A stretch of 64,000 nt of DNA from Chloroflexota bacterium (GCA_009837355.1 VXTR01000035.1:49531-113530); one strand, 5' to 3'; shown: positions 9,001 to 17,206, counted from the stretch's first letter. Notes: generated by a model from the letters alone, not told the origin. Made by a program: numbers and translations.

Positions 9001-9277
9001 TGGCCTGGATTTCGGCGTCGAGGTCGTCGTGGGTGTCCTTGGCTTCCCAATAGCCACGGGCCATGCGTAGGGAATCCTTGACGGTGCCGTCGGGCCGGTT
9101 GCGGGAGCCGATGGCCAGTTCGGGCACCAGCAGCAGGCGTTCGCGATGGTCGCGGCAGTAGGCGGCCAAGCAGTTCTGGAAAGCCGGCCGGATGTTCAGC
9201 TCGCTGTCGGAGCCGCCGAACTCGATCAGCTCGGAAAGCTCCTCGCGGTACTGGTCGATGTGGGGGTAGGAGGCCAT
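6050..9277 (-). CDS. Single-polypeptide restriction-modification enzyme (nuclease, N6-adenine MTase, type ISP-like specificity domain; no helicase) with extra acidic C-tail
   Basis: PDG..WEAKD nuclease motif, ILDPATGTGTF (motif I), IIGNPPY (motif IV), YRLGSRSALEWVLDQY C-terminal motif. Confidence 0.88.
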   Translation of the reverse strand: MASYPHIDQYREELSELIEFGGSDSELNIRPAFQNCLAAYCRDHRERLLLVPELAIGSRNRPDGTVKDSLRMARGYWEAKDTHDDLDAEIQAKFNRGYPQDNILFEDSQTAVLYQNGSMIMRVDMSRPRELDWIINQFLDYELPEIWEFRRAREQFRADLPWVLEALREAVADAEANNAEYHAAADVFLTLCHRTIGPWVSPEQVREMLLQHILTKDIFLRVFAEDQFHQENNIAVQLDALERTFFTGNLRRQAIDRLRAYYGAIGRAADEIADYAEKQQFLKAIYEDFYQAYNPEAADRLGVVYTPNEVVDFIIRGADWLLDKRFGKSLAHDRINILDPATGTGTFITNLINYLPADRLEHKYRNEIYANEVAILPYYIANLNIEYTYKERTGQYLEFPNLCFVDTLDNMDWQGTSADTFTGRLDLHFGGISQENWMRLQEQNEQTISVIIGNPPYNASATLWDDGTANDPYPDVDRRISDTYIANSSAQKTKQYDMYKRFIRWASDRLAEDGIIGFVSNNAFLDARQDDGFRKVVAEEFNELWAIDLKGNARTIGEQRRREGGNVFDDKIRVGVAVYFLVRRKGADGFKVFYNAVDDYARSFEKLAYVRNKSMDGFDFLEITPDAYAQWLNQSNSNFGSLVPLADRETKFAKTVEEEQAMFKLSTPGVNTARDGWVYDFSADNLRSKYLFFADTYNGFLDEDDKSYNPVIKWSRDLRNEFQRGHRIVYSEANRIQSLYRPFVIKHHFADFTMNDVLTSNHYDIFGLDLKQPNQVINFSMNGRHFYVLAASRLTDWHFTGDTQCLPLYRYAPDDQRVSNITQWGLQRINDHYREQWGDHFDATYPDGITAEDVFAYTYAVLHDPVYRHDYQVDLLREFPRLPLYHDFDAWAKMGQQLLDLHIGFESAEPYPLERHDRPSPKPYKTRLLANTSGGVITLDDGTTVTTLAGIPEATWRYRLGSRSALEWVLDQYKEKKPRDPTIRERFNTYRFADYKEPVIDLLQRVCTVSVKTMAIVDGMAYWEDGHLIVFDDRGKNEWETMALEAFNSYYDESDDDPEYQAWLASLPDIREQKD

Positions 9278-9281
9278 GATG

Positions 9282-9306
9282 ATGCGATTGAGATCGCATT
9301 CTAGCA
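9282..9306 (-). promoter_or_regulatory. Extended -10 promoter with overlapping inverted repeat upstream of RM gene
   Basis: TGcTAGAAT (9306-9298); ATGCGAT-N4-ATCGCAT (9282-9299). Confidence 0.45.
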
Positions 9307-9392
9307 TAGGGCCATCAGCCCCCCTGCGCGATACTCGCTGAGATTCGGCAGCCCATCCTGGTCCCGGTTGGAGGGGCAGAGGGTAAGCCGGG

Positions 9393-10739
9393 TTAGCGCG
9401 TTTGGGCGGCGGCGATGTGGTCGAGGCGGGCCTGGACGGCGCCGGCGTGGCCGGGCAGTCCTTCGGCTTCGGCGATGCGGACGGCGGCGGGACCCAGGTC
9501 GGAAAAGCGCTGGGGACTCAACCCGACGACGGGCATGGTGCGCAGGAAATGATGGACGCTGAGGGCGGAGCTGAAACGGGCGGTGCCGCCGGTGGGCATC
9601 ACGTGGGACGGGCCGGCGATGTAGTCGCCCATGACTTCCGGCGAGAACTCGCCGAGGAACAGGCCGCCGGCGTTGCGAATCTGGCCGGCCCAAGCCCAGG
9701 GGTCGGCGGCCATCAGGCACAGATGCTCGGGGGCGATGCGATTGGCGACGGTGACGGCTTCGTGGAAGTCGTCAACCAGGACGACGCAGCCCTGCCGTTC
9801 CAGGGAATGGCGGATGGTGTCGGCGCGGGGGTTGCCGGCGATTTGGACGTCCAGCTCGGACTCCACGGAGGCTACCAGGGAGTCGGAGTCGGTAACCAGG
9901 ATGGCGGAGGCCATGGGGTCGTGCTCGGCCTGGGCGATGAGGTCGGCGGCACAGAAAACGGGGTTGGCGGTTTGGTCGGCCAGCACGATGGTTTCGGTGG
10001 GGCCGAATACGCCGTCGATGTCAACCTGGCCCTGCACCATGCGCTTGGCATAGGCGACGAAAACGTTGCCGGGGCCGCAAATCTTGTCCACCCTGCGGAT
10101 GCTTTCGGTTCCGTAGGCCAGGGCGCCGATGGCCGGCACGCCGCCGACCTGATACACGGCGTCCACGCCGGCGATGCGGGCGGCGGCCAGCACGGTGGAG
10201 TTGAGCGGTTCGCTGCCACGGCGTGGGGTGGCCAGGACGACCTCACTGACGCCGGCGACGCGGGCCGGGATAGCGGTCATCAGGACGGTGGACGGGTAGG
10301 CCGCCGTACCGCCGGGAGCGTAGAGACCGACACGCTCCAGGGGGCGGACCAGTTCGCCCAGGCCGCCGCCCAGGTCAACCCAGTCGCGGGGCAGCGTGGC
10401 CTCGTGAAACTCGGTGATGCGGCGGGCGGCCAGCTCCAATGCCTGCTTCAAGTCGCCTGGCGTGTCGTCCCAGGCTGCGTTGAGCTGGGATTGGGGGACT
10501 TGGAGGTTGTCCAGTTCGGCGTCGTCCAGGAGTTTGGCGTAGCGGCGGACGGCAGAGTCGCCCTGGGCGCGGACATCGCGCAGCATTTGCAGGACGGAGG
10601 ACTCCGGCGTGGCGTCGGGGCCGAAAAAATCGCGAGTGCGCTGCAAGGCCGTTTCGGGCAGCGACGACAAGTCGAGGGGATCGATGCGGGTCAGGGCGGA
10701 TTCGGCGGCGGCGGGCCCGCGAACCTGTTTAAGTTGCAC
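9393..10739 (-). CDS. hisD: Histidinol dehydrogenase
   Basis: GLYAPGG, PSTVLM, GPGN, GPTE, QAEHD, APEHL, DYIAGPSHVMPT; GTG 10739 after GGGAG. Confidence 0.97.
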   Translation of the reverse strand: MQLKQVRGPAAAESALTRIDPLDLSSLPETALQRTRDFFGPDATPESSVLQMLRDVRAQGDSAVRRYAKLLDDAELDNLQVPQSQLNAAWDDTPGDLKQALELAARRITEFHEATLPRDWVDLGGGLGELVRPLERVGLYAPGGTAAYPSTVLMTAIPARVAGVSEVVLATPRRGSEPLNSTVLAAARIAGVDAVYQVGGVPAIGALAYGTESIRRVDKICGPGNVFVAYAKRMVQGQVDIDGVFGPTETIVLADQTANPVFCAADLIAQAEHDPMASAILVTDSDSLVASVESELDVQIAGNPRADTIRHSLERQGCVVLVDDFHEAVTVANRIAPEHLCLMAADPWAWAGQIRNAGGLFLGEFSPEVMGDYIAGPSHVMPTGGTARFSSALSVHHFLRTMPVVGLSPQRFSDLGPAAVRIAEAEGLPGHAGAVQARLDHIAAAQTR

Positions 10740-11490
10740 TGAGATACTCCCGGGCCTGGGCAATGGTTTCATCGATGACGCGCTGGCGGTAGTCGTCAAT
10801 CAGTTCGTGAGGAACGTGCTGGTACACTCGCTCCAAGCTGTCCGGCATCTGAGACAGGAAGCCATCAACAACCTGCTGCACTTCGTCGTTGTCGCGGTAC
10901 ATACGGTTGAGGGCGCGCTTGAGGCGATCCCAAGTGAAATCCCAGCCCAGCAGGCGGGCAACCCAACCGCGCCACTCGTCGATCAGCTCGTCCTGCAGGA
11001 ACTCCAGAGCCGGCATGGTGTCGACGGCGGCGATGGCGTCGTTTTCGGCGGACAGGCCGCCGCTTTGGCTGAGTACCGAGCGATCCATGTCCAGTTGCAG
11101 GGCACGGTCCCAGATTTGTGCCTCAACTTCGGTGTCGGTAATGAGGTTGGCCGGGTCAAAATGGGGCCGGAACATGGTGGTAATCCACAGTTCATCGGCG
11201 ACGATGTGGCTGATGTAGCCGAGCAGGAAGGAACGGGTTTGCGGGGTGAGCCCGTTGTCGGAGCCGGCCAGGTGGGGGTACAGCTCAAACATACGCTCGA
11301 CGCCGGCGCCAACTTGGGTAACGGACAAGTCGGAAAAATGGGTGCGGCCCCGGTCCCACTTGGTCATAGCCCGTATGTCCGGCGTAGTAGAGCCGAGATA
11401 GGCTGCGCCGGGATGGTCATGGCAGTAACCCCAATCCAGCTCGGTGGCAATTTGCTGGCACAGGTAGATGTGCATCGGGAGGTTAGGCAT
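10729..11490 (-). CDS. Zinc-dependent phospholipase C family protein
   Basis: MPNLPMH, YLGSTTPD, THF, GYISHIVADELW metal-ligand pattern; overlaps hisG and hisD. Confidence 0.75.
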   Translation of the reverse strand: MPNLPMHIYLCQQIATELDWGYCHDHPGAAYLGSTTPDIRAMTKWDRGRTHFSDLSVTQVGAGVERMFELYPHLAGSDNGLTPQTRSFLLGYISHIVADELWITTMFRPHFDPANLITDTEVEAQIWDRALQLDMDRSVLSQSGGLSAENDAIAAVDTMPALEFLQDELIDEWRGWVARLLGWDFTWDRLKRALNRMYRDNDEVQQVVDGFLSQMPDSLERVYQHVPHELIDDYRQRVIDETIAQAREYLSAT

Positions 11491-12502
11491 AATCGGCCGG
11501 GCCTCCGTTGAGGGCGGCGACGCGGTGCAGGAAACGGTCGAACGCCTGAGACTGGCCCTTGAACAGGTAGGACAGCTGGGCGGCAGCGATGTCAACGCCG
11601 CCGCACTCGCGCAGGTGGGCCACGGCGTCCAGCAGCCGGTTCTTGCGTATCAGCAGGGAAACGGCGTACCAGTCCTCTTCCTCGACGCTAAATACGCGGG
11701 CGACGGTGGGACCCTGGATGCCGGCGATTTCGGGGCGGGCCAGGATCATGGCGCTGACGTCCTCGGGCGAACGTCCCTGCACGTTGGCGGTGATGCGGTA
11801 GTAAGGTTCGGCGCGCAGGTGGGCTTCCAGCATTTCGGTGAGGGACTGGGCCAACTGCAGGTCGTCGGGCTGTTTGGCCAGGGTGTGTGGGTTGGCGATG
11901 AGGCACGCTTGCGAGGTCAGGATGGTGCCGCCGTCGACGGTTTTCAGACGGTTTTCCCGCAGCGTAGTGCCGGTGGCGGACAGGTCGGCGATAAGGTCGG
12001 CATAGCCGGCGATGGGGGCGGCCTCCAGGGTGCCGCTGGCCGGAACCAGGGTGAAGTAATTGATGCCGCGCTCAAACAGGTAGCGGCGCAGCAGCCGGGG
12101 GTACTTGGTGGCGATGCGCAGCTGCCGGCCCCGGGCGTGAAACTCCAGGGCCAGGTCGGCCAGGTCGTCGATGGACGTTACGTCCAACCAGGAATCGGGC
12201 ACGGCCAGCACGTAATCGCAACCGCCAAACTCCAGGTCGTCCATCACCGAGACGACGGCGTTTTCGTCATGGCGGTATTCCATGAGACGGTCCAGGCCCG
12301 TGATGCCCATTTCGGCGCTGCCTTCCTCCACCTTGGTGGTGATGTCGGCGGTGCGCTGGAACAGCACGTCGATGCCGGGCAGGGCGGGTATGGAGCCGGT
12401 GTAACGTCTGGCGTTGGGACGACTCACCTTGACGCCGCAGGTCGCCAGGAACCGCATGGTCGGCTCGCCCAGTTCGCCGTCGCTTGGAATTACCAGTCTC
12501 AC
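11483..12502 (-). CDS. hisG: ATP phosphoribosyltransferase (long form)
   Basis: GITGLD, IATKYP, GTLEAAP, DLSATGTTLRENRL plus C-terminal GPTV regulatory domain. Confidence 0.95.
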   Translation of the reverse strand: MRLVIPSDGELGEPTMRFLATCGVKVSRPNARRYTGSIPALPGIDVLFQRTADITTKVEEGSAEMGITGLDRLMEYRHDENAVVSVMDDLEFGGCDYVLAVPDSWLDVTSIDDLADLALEFHARGRQLRIATKYPRLLRRYLFERGINYFTLVPASGTLEAAPIAGYADLIADLSATGTTLRENRLKTVDGGTILTSQACLIANPHTLAKQPDDLQLAQSLTEMLEAHLRAEPYYRITANVQGRSPEDVSAMILARPEIAGIQGPTVARVFSVEEEDWYAVSLLIRKNRLLDAVAHLRECGGVDIAAAQLSYLFKGQSQAFDRFLHRVAALNGGPADYA

Positions 12503-12518
12503 GTTGCCACCCCAAGAA

Positions 12519-13937
12519 CTACACGGCCACGATCCGGGAGTAGTCGGCCGCCGATTCCCGGCCGCTCACGTCCAGGATGGCGACGCCGCCCCGATTACGT
12601 ATGTCGGCGGCGGCGCGCAGAGCGTCGGCATTGGCTCGGCGCTCGCTGGGGCTGACCAGCACGGCGTCAACGTCGGGCAGCGGAATAGTATCAGCCGGCA
12701 TAGCCGACAGCAGGGATTCCAGCGTGTAGGCGAAGCCCAGGGCAGGCACTGGGTCGGGGCCGCCGAGGGCAAGGGCGAGGGCGTCGTAGCGACCGCCGCC
12801 GCCGAGAACGGCATTGTTGGAACCGTGGGTGACGTCGAAGATGATGCCGTTGTAGTAGGCGATGCCACGGGCCAGCGAGAAATCTATGACCAGCCGGCCG
12901 GCCATGGACGCATCCGTGCCAACCAGTTCGACAAGCTCCGTCAGCCGGTCAGTGGCAGCGCCGTCCGCGCCGGACGCGGAGACGATGGCCCGAGCCTGCC
13001 GTAGCGCGTCGGTGGGCTGGCCGCTGACGCCGGCGAGCTGGCCGGCCAGGGCGAGGCCGCGCTCGATGGCGTCGGAGGCGTCGCCGCCGCGCAGTTTGCG
13101 GAGCAGGCGGTCAACTATCTCGTCGGGAGAACGGCGGCCCAGGGGAGTGTCCGTCGAGCTGTTCCAGCGCATAAAGCCGGACAGCACGGCGCGGGCGGCG
13201 TCATCGGGCAGGTCGGCCACCGCCGCCGCCAGGTCGGTTTCCTCATTGTGCAACTCGCGGCCGGCGACGATGTGCAACTCGTCGGCGCGGCGCAGGGTGG
13301 CGGCCAGGTTGTCGGGGCTGTCGCCGATGCGGTTCATGTTGGCGATGATAAAGGCACGGGCGCGTTCGGAGAGGCCGACGGTGTCCAGCACACTGTCCAG
13401 CACGTCCAGGTCGGCCAGGCGCAGGCGGTAGTCGTCGATGCCGAGCTCGGCGGGAACGTCGGCGGCCAATGAGAGCAGCTCGGCGTCGGCCAGGATGCTG
13501 TTGGAACCGACCAGTTCAGCGCCGACCTGGGTGAACTGTCCGCTGTGGTCGGCCGGCGGCGGATGGCCGAGGTCGTAGCGGAACACGGGGCCGGCGTACT
13601 GCCAGCGCAGGACCGGGTTGTCAGCGGAGTCGGCGGCGATTTCCAGGTAGTGCCGCATAATGGCCGAGGTGAACTCCGGGCGCAGACTGACGGCGTTGGA
13701 GCCGGGGTCGGCGAAGGAGTACATCTGGGAGGCCAGGTCGCCGCCGGACTTGCGCAGGAATAGCTCGGTGGATTCGAGGAGGGGTACTTCCAGGGGCCGG
13801 TAGCCGTAGCGGCTGATGGCGTCGGAAAGGCGACGTTCGACGGCCTGCTTGCGGCGGCAGGCGTCGTCGGACAGGTCGCGCATACCCGGAAGGCGGCGTA
13901 CCGGGCTGGGAGTGCTGGAAACGGTGGCGGCAATCAT
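12519..13937 (-). CDS. hisZ: ATP phosphoribosyltransferase regulatory subunit (HisRS-like)
   Basis: LRPEFT, GPVFRY, QFTQVGAEL, ARGIAYYNG, GGGRYD; truncated anticodon domain; directly upstream of hisG. Confidence 0.8.
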   Translation of the reverse strand: MIAATVSSTPSPVRRLPGMRDLSDDACRRKQAVERRLSDAISRYGYRPLEVPLLESTELFLRKSGGDLASQMYSFADPGSNAVSLRPEFTSAIMRHYLEIAADSADNPVLRWQYAGPVFRYDLGHPPPADHSGQFTQVGAELVGSNSILADAELLSLAADVPAELGIDDYRLRLADLDVLDSVLDTVGLSERARAFIIANMNRIGDSPDNLAATLRRADELHIVAGRELHNEETDLAAAVADLPDDAARAVLSGFMRWNSSTDTPLGRRSPDEIVDRLLRKLRGGDASDAIERGLALAGQLAGVSGQPTDALRQARAIVSASGADGAATDRLTELVELVGTDASMAGRLVIDFSLARGIAYYNGIIFDVTHGSNNAVLGGGGRYDALALALGGPDPVPALGFAYTLESLLSAMPADTIPLPDVDAVLVSPSERRANADALRAAADIRNRGGVAILDVSGRESAADYSRIVAV

Positions 13938-13955
13938 CGCCGGCTATTGTACCAC

Positions 13956-14312
13956 CTACAGGCTGAGGAGGCGGTTCACGAAACGGGCTACTTTGGGGCG
14001 GTCGCTGACAATCTCATTGGCAGCTAGCCGGCCGTGATAGAAATGCGCATGGAAACTCTCCGCCGTGTTGAAATCAGAAAACCACTGCGGTCTACCATGC
14101 AAGGATGCCAGTTGCCTGATGACGTAACGCAGCGCGCCTTGGCTGTCGTAATGCCAGCCATGCTCTAGCGCTACCGCAATCAGCGCATGGGCTGCTGCGC
14201 CCCATAACAGCTCGGCGCCGTTGAGTTCGTCTCCGGTCGTGAATTCGCGCGCCGATTTGTCCAGGAAGTACCGAGCGATGTCAGCGTGCCGACTTTGCGC
14301 GAAGGTGGTCAT
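13956..14312 (-). CDS. PaREP1-like (HEPN-fold) small protein
   Basis: AELLWGAA, AVALEHGW, AESFHAHFY. Confidence 0.65.
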   Translation of the reverse strand: MTTFAQSRHADIARYFLDKSAREFTTGDELNGAELLWGAAAHALIAVALEHGWHYDSQGALRYVIRQLASLHGRPQWFSDFNTAESFHAHFYHGRLAANEIVSDRPKVARFVNRLLSL

Positions 14313-14679
14313 TGCGCGCGTCCAACTCCTTGACTATGCCAATGACCCAGTTGACCATCATTCGGGCGTCATCGGCGCACTCGTCCGCAGGTACAAAGAA
14401 GCCGTAGCGCACTTTGTCCGGCTGATAATGTATAGCGGAGAAACCGCTGAGCAACGGTTCGTCCTCGTCATCATCAAGCTCGTTGAGACGCTCGGCGACG
14501 GCATAAAGTTCGTCGCGGTTGGAGTGGGGCCAGCCGTTGTGCTGGGCCACCGCCGAGAGGGCGCAGACCACGGCGTCCCACAGCCGTTCGGTGGCGGCCA
14601 GCGGGTTGCCGGCGGCAAACTCGCGGTCGGCGGCGGCCAAGAATTCTTGGGTTTTTTGGGTTTGATCTGCGGTAATCAT
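14281..14679 (-). CDS. PaREP1-like small protein, divergent paralog
   Basis: FLAAADREFAAG, TERLWDA, AVAQHNGWPH; similar to neighbouring gene. Confidence 0.6.
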   Translation of the reverse strand: MITADQTQKTQEFLAAADREFAAGNPLAATERLWDAVVCALSAVAQHNGWPHSNRDELYAVAERLNELDDDEDEPLLSGFSAIHYQPDKVRYGFFVPADECADDARMMVNWVIGIVKELDARNDHLRAKSAR

Positions 14680-14768
14680 TACTAGCTATAGTACCACCAA
14701 CGGGTGTCGGCGGGCTGGCCGTCGGTTGCCGGGGGGTTTGGGATTTGGGTCGATGGACGGAATTTTCA

Positions 14769-14815
14769 GACCCCGTATCAAGTACGGGGTGACGTTCTTT
14801 TGTCGGAATGACGGT
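14769..14815. repeat. Composite REP-like palindrome
   Basis: ACCCCGTATCAAGTACGGGGT hairpin followed by CGGAATGACG, the same end as the 48607 element. Confidence 0.6.
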
Positions 14816-14825
14816 GTTGGGGTGG

Positions 14826-15590
14826 TTACGGGTGGGCGTTGGCACCGCCGTCGATGTACACGGGTTGGCCGCTGGGGTAGTCGCAGTGGGGCGAGCAGAG
14901 ATAGACCAGCATGGCGGCCAGGTCGCGGGGGTGGCCCTTGCGACGCATTGGCGTGTAGCGGACGAGGAGTTCCTCTCGTTGGTTTTCCAGGGGGATGTCC
15001 TCCGCCGTTGACCAACCGGAGCCGACGGCGTTGACGCGTATCTCGCTGCGGCCCCATTCCACGGCCAGGGAACGGGTCAGGGAGAGGACGGCGGCCTGGG
15101 TTGCGCTGAAGGCCGAGCAGTTGTGGATGCCACGCTCGGCCAGGTTGGAGATGACGTTGACGATGCGTCCGTACTGCTGCGCCAGCATCCGCTGTCCTAC
15201 CGCCTGGCTGAGCATAAAGGTGGCTCGGACGTTGCGGGTGTAGAGTTCGTCCCACTCCTCCAGCGTAATCTCGGCGGCGGGCTTGGCGAAGAAGCTGCGG
15301 GTGTCGTTGACCAGGATGTCGGCGCGGGTGTGAGCATCAGCAAAGGCGGAAAGCAAGGCGTTGGCATCGGCGGGAGTGTCCCAGCGGCCAGTGTAGCCGT
15401 GGGTGTCTTTTCCGGTTACGGCGGTAACGGCGGCGCGGATGGCGTCGGTTGCGTCGGAATGACGGGCGACGGCGAACACATCAGCGCCGGCCTCGGCCAG
15501 GGCCGCCGCCAGCGCAGGGGTTTCATCGCCGCCGGCGCTGGCGACGATAGCGGTGTGGCCGGTGAGGTCAAATTCTGTGGGCAGGGTCAT
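14826..15590 (-). CDS. SDR-fold protein with degenerate catalytic and cofactor motifs
   Basis: SDR layout (FDLTG, GRIVNV, IRVNAV, IDGG) but ASAGGDET, VNDT and FSATQ replace TGxxxGxG, NNAG and YxxxK. Confidence 0.8.
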   Translation of the reverse strand: MTLPTEFDLTGHTAIVASAGGDETPALAAALAEAGADVFAVARHSDATDAIRAAVTAVTGKDTHGYTGRWDTPADANALLSAFADAHTRADILVNDTRSFFAKPAAEITLEEWDELYTRNVRATFMLSQAVGQRMLAQQYGRIVNVISNLAERGIHNCSAFSATQAAVLSLTRSLAVEWGRSEIRVNAVGSGWSTAEDIPLENQREELLVRYTPMRRKGHPRDLAAMLVYLCSPHCDYPSGQPVYIDGGANAHP

Positions 15591-15600
15591 TGGTGTTTGC

Positions 15601-16410
15601 CTATGGCTCCAACGGGGCGACGGGAGCGTGGCCGGTGGGGGCGATGCCGGCGGCAAGACCGGCGCCGTCGAGGATGAACATTTCGCCGGTCATGTAGTCG
15701 GAGGCGTCGGAGGACAGGAACACGGCAATGGGGCCGAGGTCTTCGGGCTTGCCCAGCTTACCGGTAGGCAGGAAGTCGCCGGACTGGGGCAGCGTACGGT
15801 TGATTTCGGCGCCGGGGTCGATGGTGGGAATAAAGCCGGGCACGATGCTGTTGGCGGTGATGCCGTATCGGGCCAAGCTGAAGGAAAGGACGCGGGTGAG
15901 CTGGATGACGCCGCCCTTTGAAGTGCAGTACATATAGATGTCGCGGCCACCGCGCAGGCCGAAACCGGAGGCGACGTTGATGATTTTGCCCTTGCCGGCG
16001 TCGGCCATGGGCTTGGCGGCGGCGCGGGCGCAGTAGAAAGCGCCGTCCAGATTGACGGACATGGCAGCCTGCCAATCGCCGTCGGTGATTTCCCAGATGG
16101 GTTTGAGCACGTTGTCGGCGACCATGGCGGCGTTGTTGATGAGCACGTCGATGCGTCCGAAGTGAGCGATGGCGGTGTCAATGAGGGCGTTGGCGTCGGC
16201 GGATTCGGACACGTCGGTGGGGACCGCAATGGCGTCCTGGCCGGCGGCGATGACCTCATCGCGGGCGGCCTCGATGGGGCCGGGCCGGCGGCCGGCGATG
16301 GCCAGGTTGGCGCCGGAACGGGTCAGGGCGCGCACCATCTCCAGGCCGAGGCCGGTGCCGCCGCCGGTGATGACGACGACCTTGCCGTCAAGGTAGAGGT
16401 TTTCGAGCAT
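15601..16410 (-). CDS. Short-chain dehydrogenase/reductase
   Basis: TGGGTGLG, NNAA, S, YCTSK. Confidence 0.93.
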   Translation of the reverse strand: MLENLYLDGKVVVITGGGTGLGLEMVRALTRSGANLAIAGRRPGPIEAARDEVIAAGQDAIAVPTDVSESADANALIDTAIAHFGRIDVLINNAAMVADNVLKPIWEITDGDWQAAMSVNLDGAFYCARAAAKPMADAGKGKIINVASGFGLRGGRDIYMYCTSKGGVIQLTRVLSFSLARYGITANSIVPGFIPTIDPGAEINRTLPQSGDFLPTGKLGKPEDLGPIAVFLSSDASDYMTGEMFILDGAGLAAGIAPTGHAPVAPLEP

Positions 16411-17206
16411 ATGGGACAGGTTCTCCTGAGGCTGCTCGAAGGGTAATGTCTCCGGCGGTGAGGGTCAACAGTTGACCGGCGTTGGTGCGGAGGAGCAGGT
16501 TGCCGTGCTCGTCGATGTCCTCGGCGAGGCTGGTCTCGGCGCTGCCGTGATGGGTTACGGTTACGCGCTGACCCAGGGTGTCCAGCCAGCGCCGCCATTC
16601 GGGAATGGGTGAGCGTCCGCGCCTGAGGTCCAGGTACAGGGCGTCCAGGTGCTGCAGGATGCGGCGCAGCAGTTCGGCGCGGTCAACGTCAGCGTTGGCC
16701 AGTTGGTTGAGGCTGGCGGCGGTGGCGGCGATTTCCGGGTCGGCGGATGTGTCCAGCGCTATGTTGACGCCGACGCCAACGATGGCGTGCTCAATTCGCG
16801 AGCCGGACATTGACGATTCAGCCAGGATGCCTGCGACCTTGCGTCCGTCAATCATTATGTCGTTGGGCCACTTGATGGTTGGATAGAGGCCGGCGGCCTG
16901 TCGAACGGCGCGGGCGACGGCGACGCCGGCCAACGGGCTGAGCAAAGGCAAAGCGTTGGCATCGGGGCGGAAGAGCACGGAGAAGTACAAGTTGCCGGAA
17001 TCGGAAATCCAGCGGCGGCCCAGGCGTCCCCGGCTGGCGGTTTGGGTTTCGGCGACGACCACCGCGCCCTCGTCGGCGCCATCCCTAGCCCACTGGGCGG
17101 CGTCGTCCATGGTGGACGCGGTGGACTGGTAGTAGCGTACGCTGCGTCCGATGATGGCGGTGTAGAGGCCGGCGCGCAGCATTTGAGCGACGACGGAGGG
17201 AGGCAT
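16388..17206 (-). CDS. birA: Biotin-protein ligase (no HTH domain)
   Basis: ASTMD, QTASRGRLGRRW, IKWPND, KVAGILAE, GVGVN. Confidence 0.93.
   Translation of the reverse strand: MPPSVVAQMLRAGLYTAIIGRSVRYYQSTASTMDDAAQWARDGADEGAVVVAETQTASRGRLGRRWISDSGNLYFSVLFRPDANALPLLSPLAGVAVARAVRQAAGLYPTIKWPNDIMIDGRKVAGILAESSMSGSRIEHAIVGVGVNIALDTSADPEIAATAASLNQLANADVDRAELLRRILQHLDALYLDLRRGRSPIPEWRRWLDTLGQRVTVTHHGSAETSLAEDIDEHGNLLLRTNAGQLLTLTAGDITLRAASGEPVPYARKPLP

Noticed and set aside
13938-13960. His leader-peptide attenuator
   Set aside because: hisZ looks leaderless and no His-codon run was found upstream of hisZ or hisC
16424-16443. Second copy of the CTTCGACAAGCTCAGG-type REP
   Set aside because: Imperfect match inside the birA coding end; may be chance
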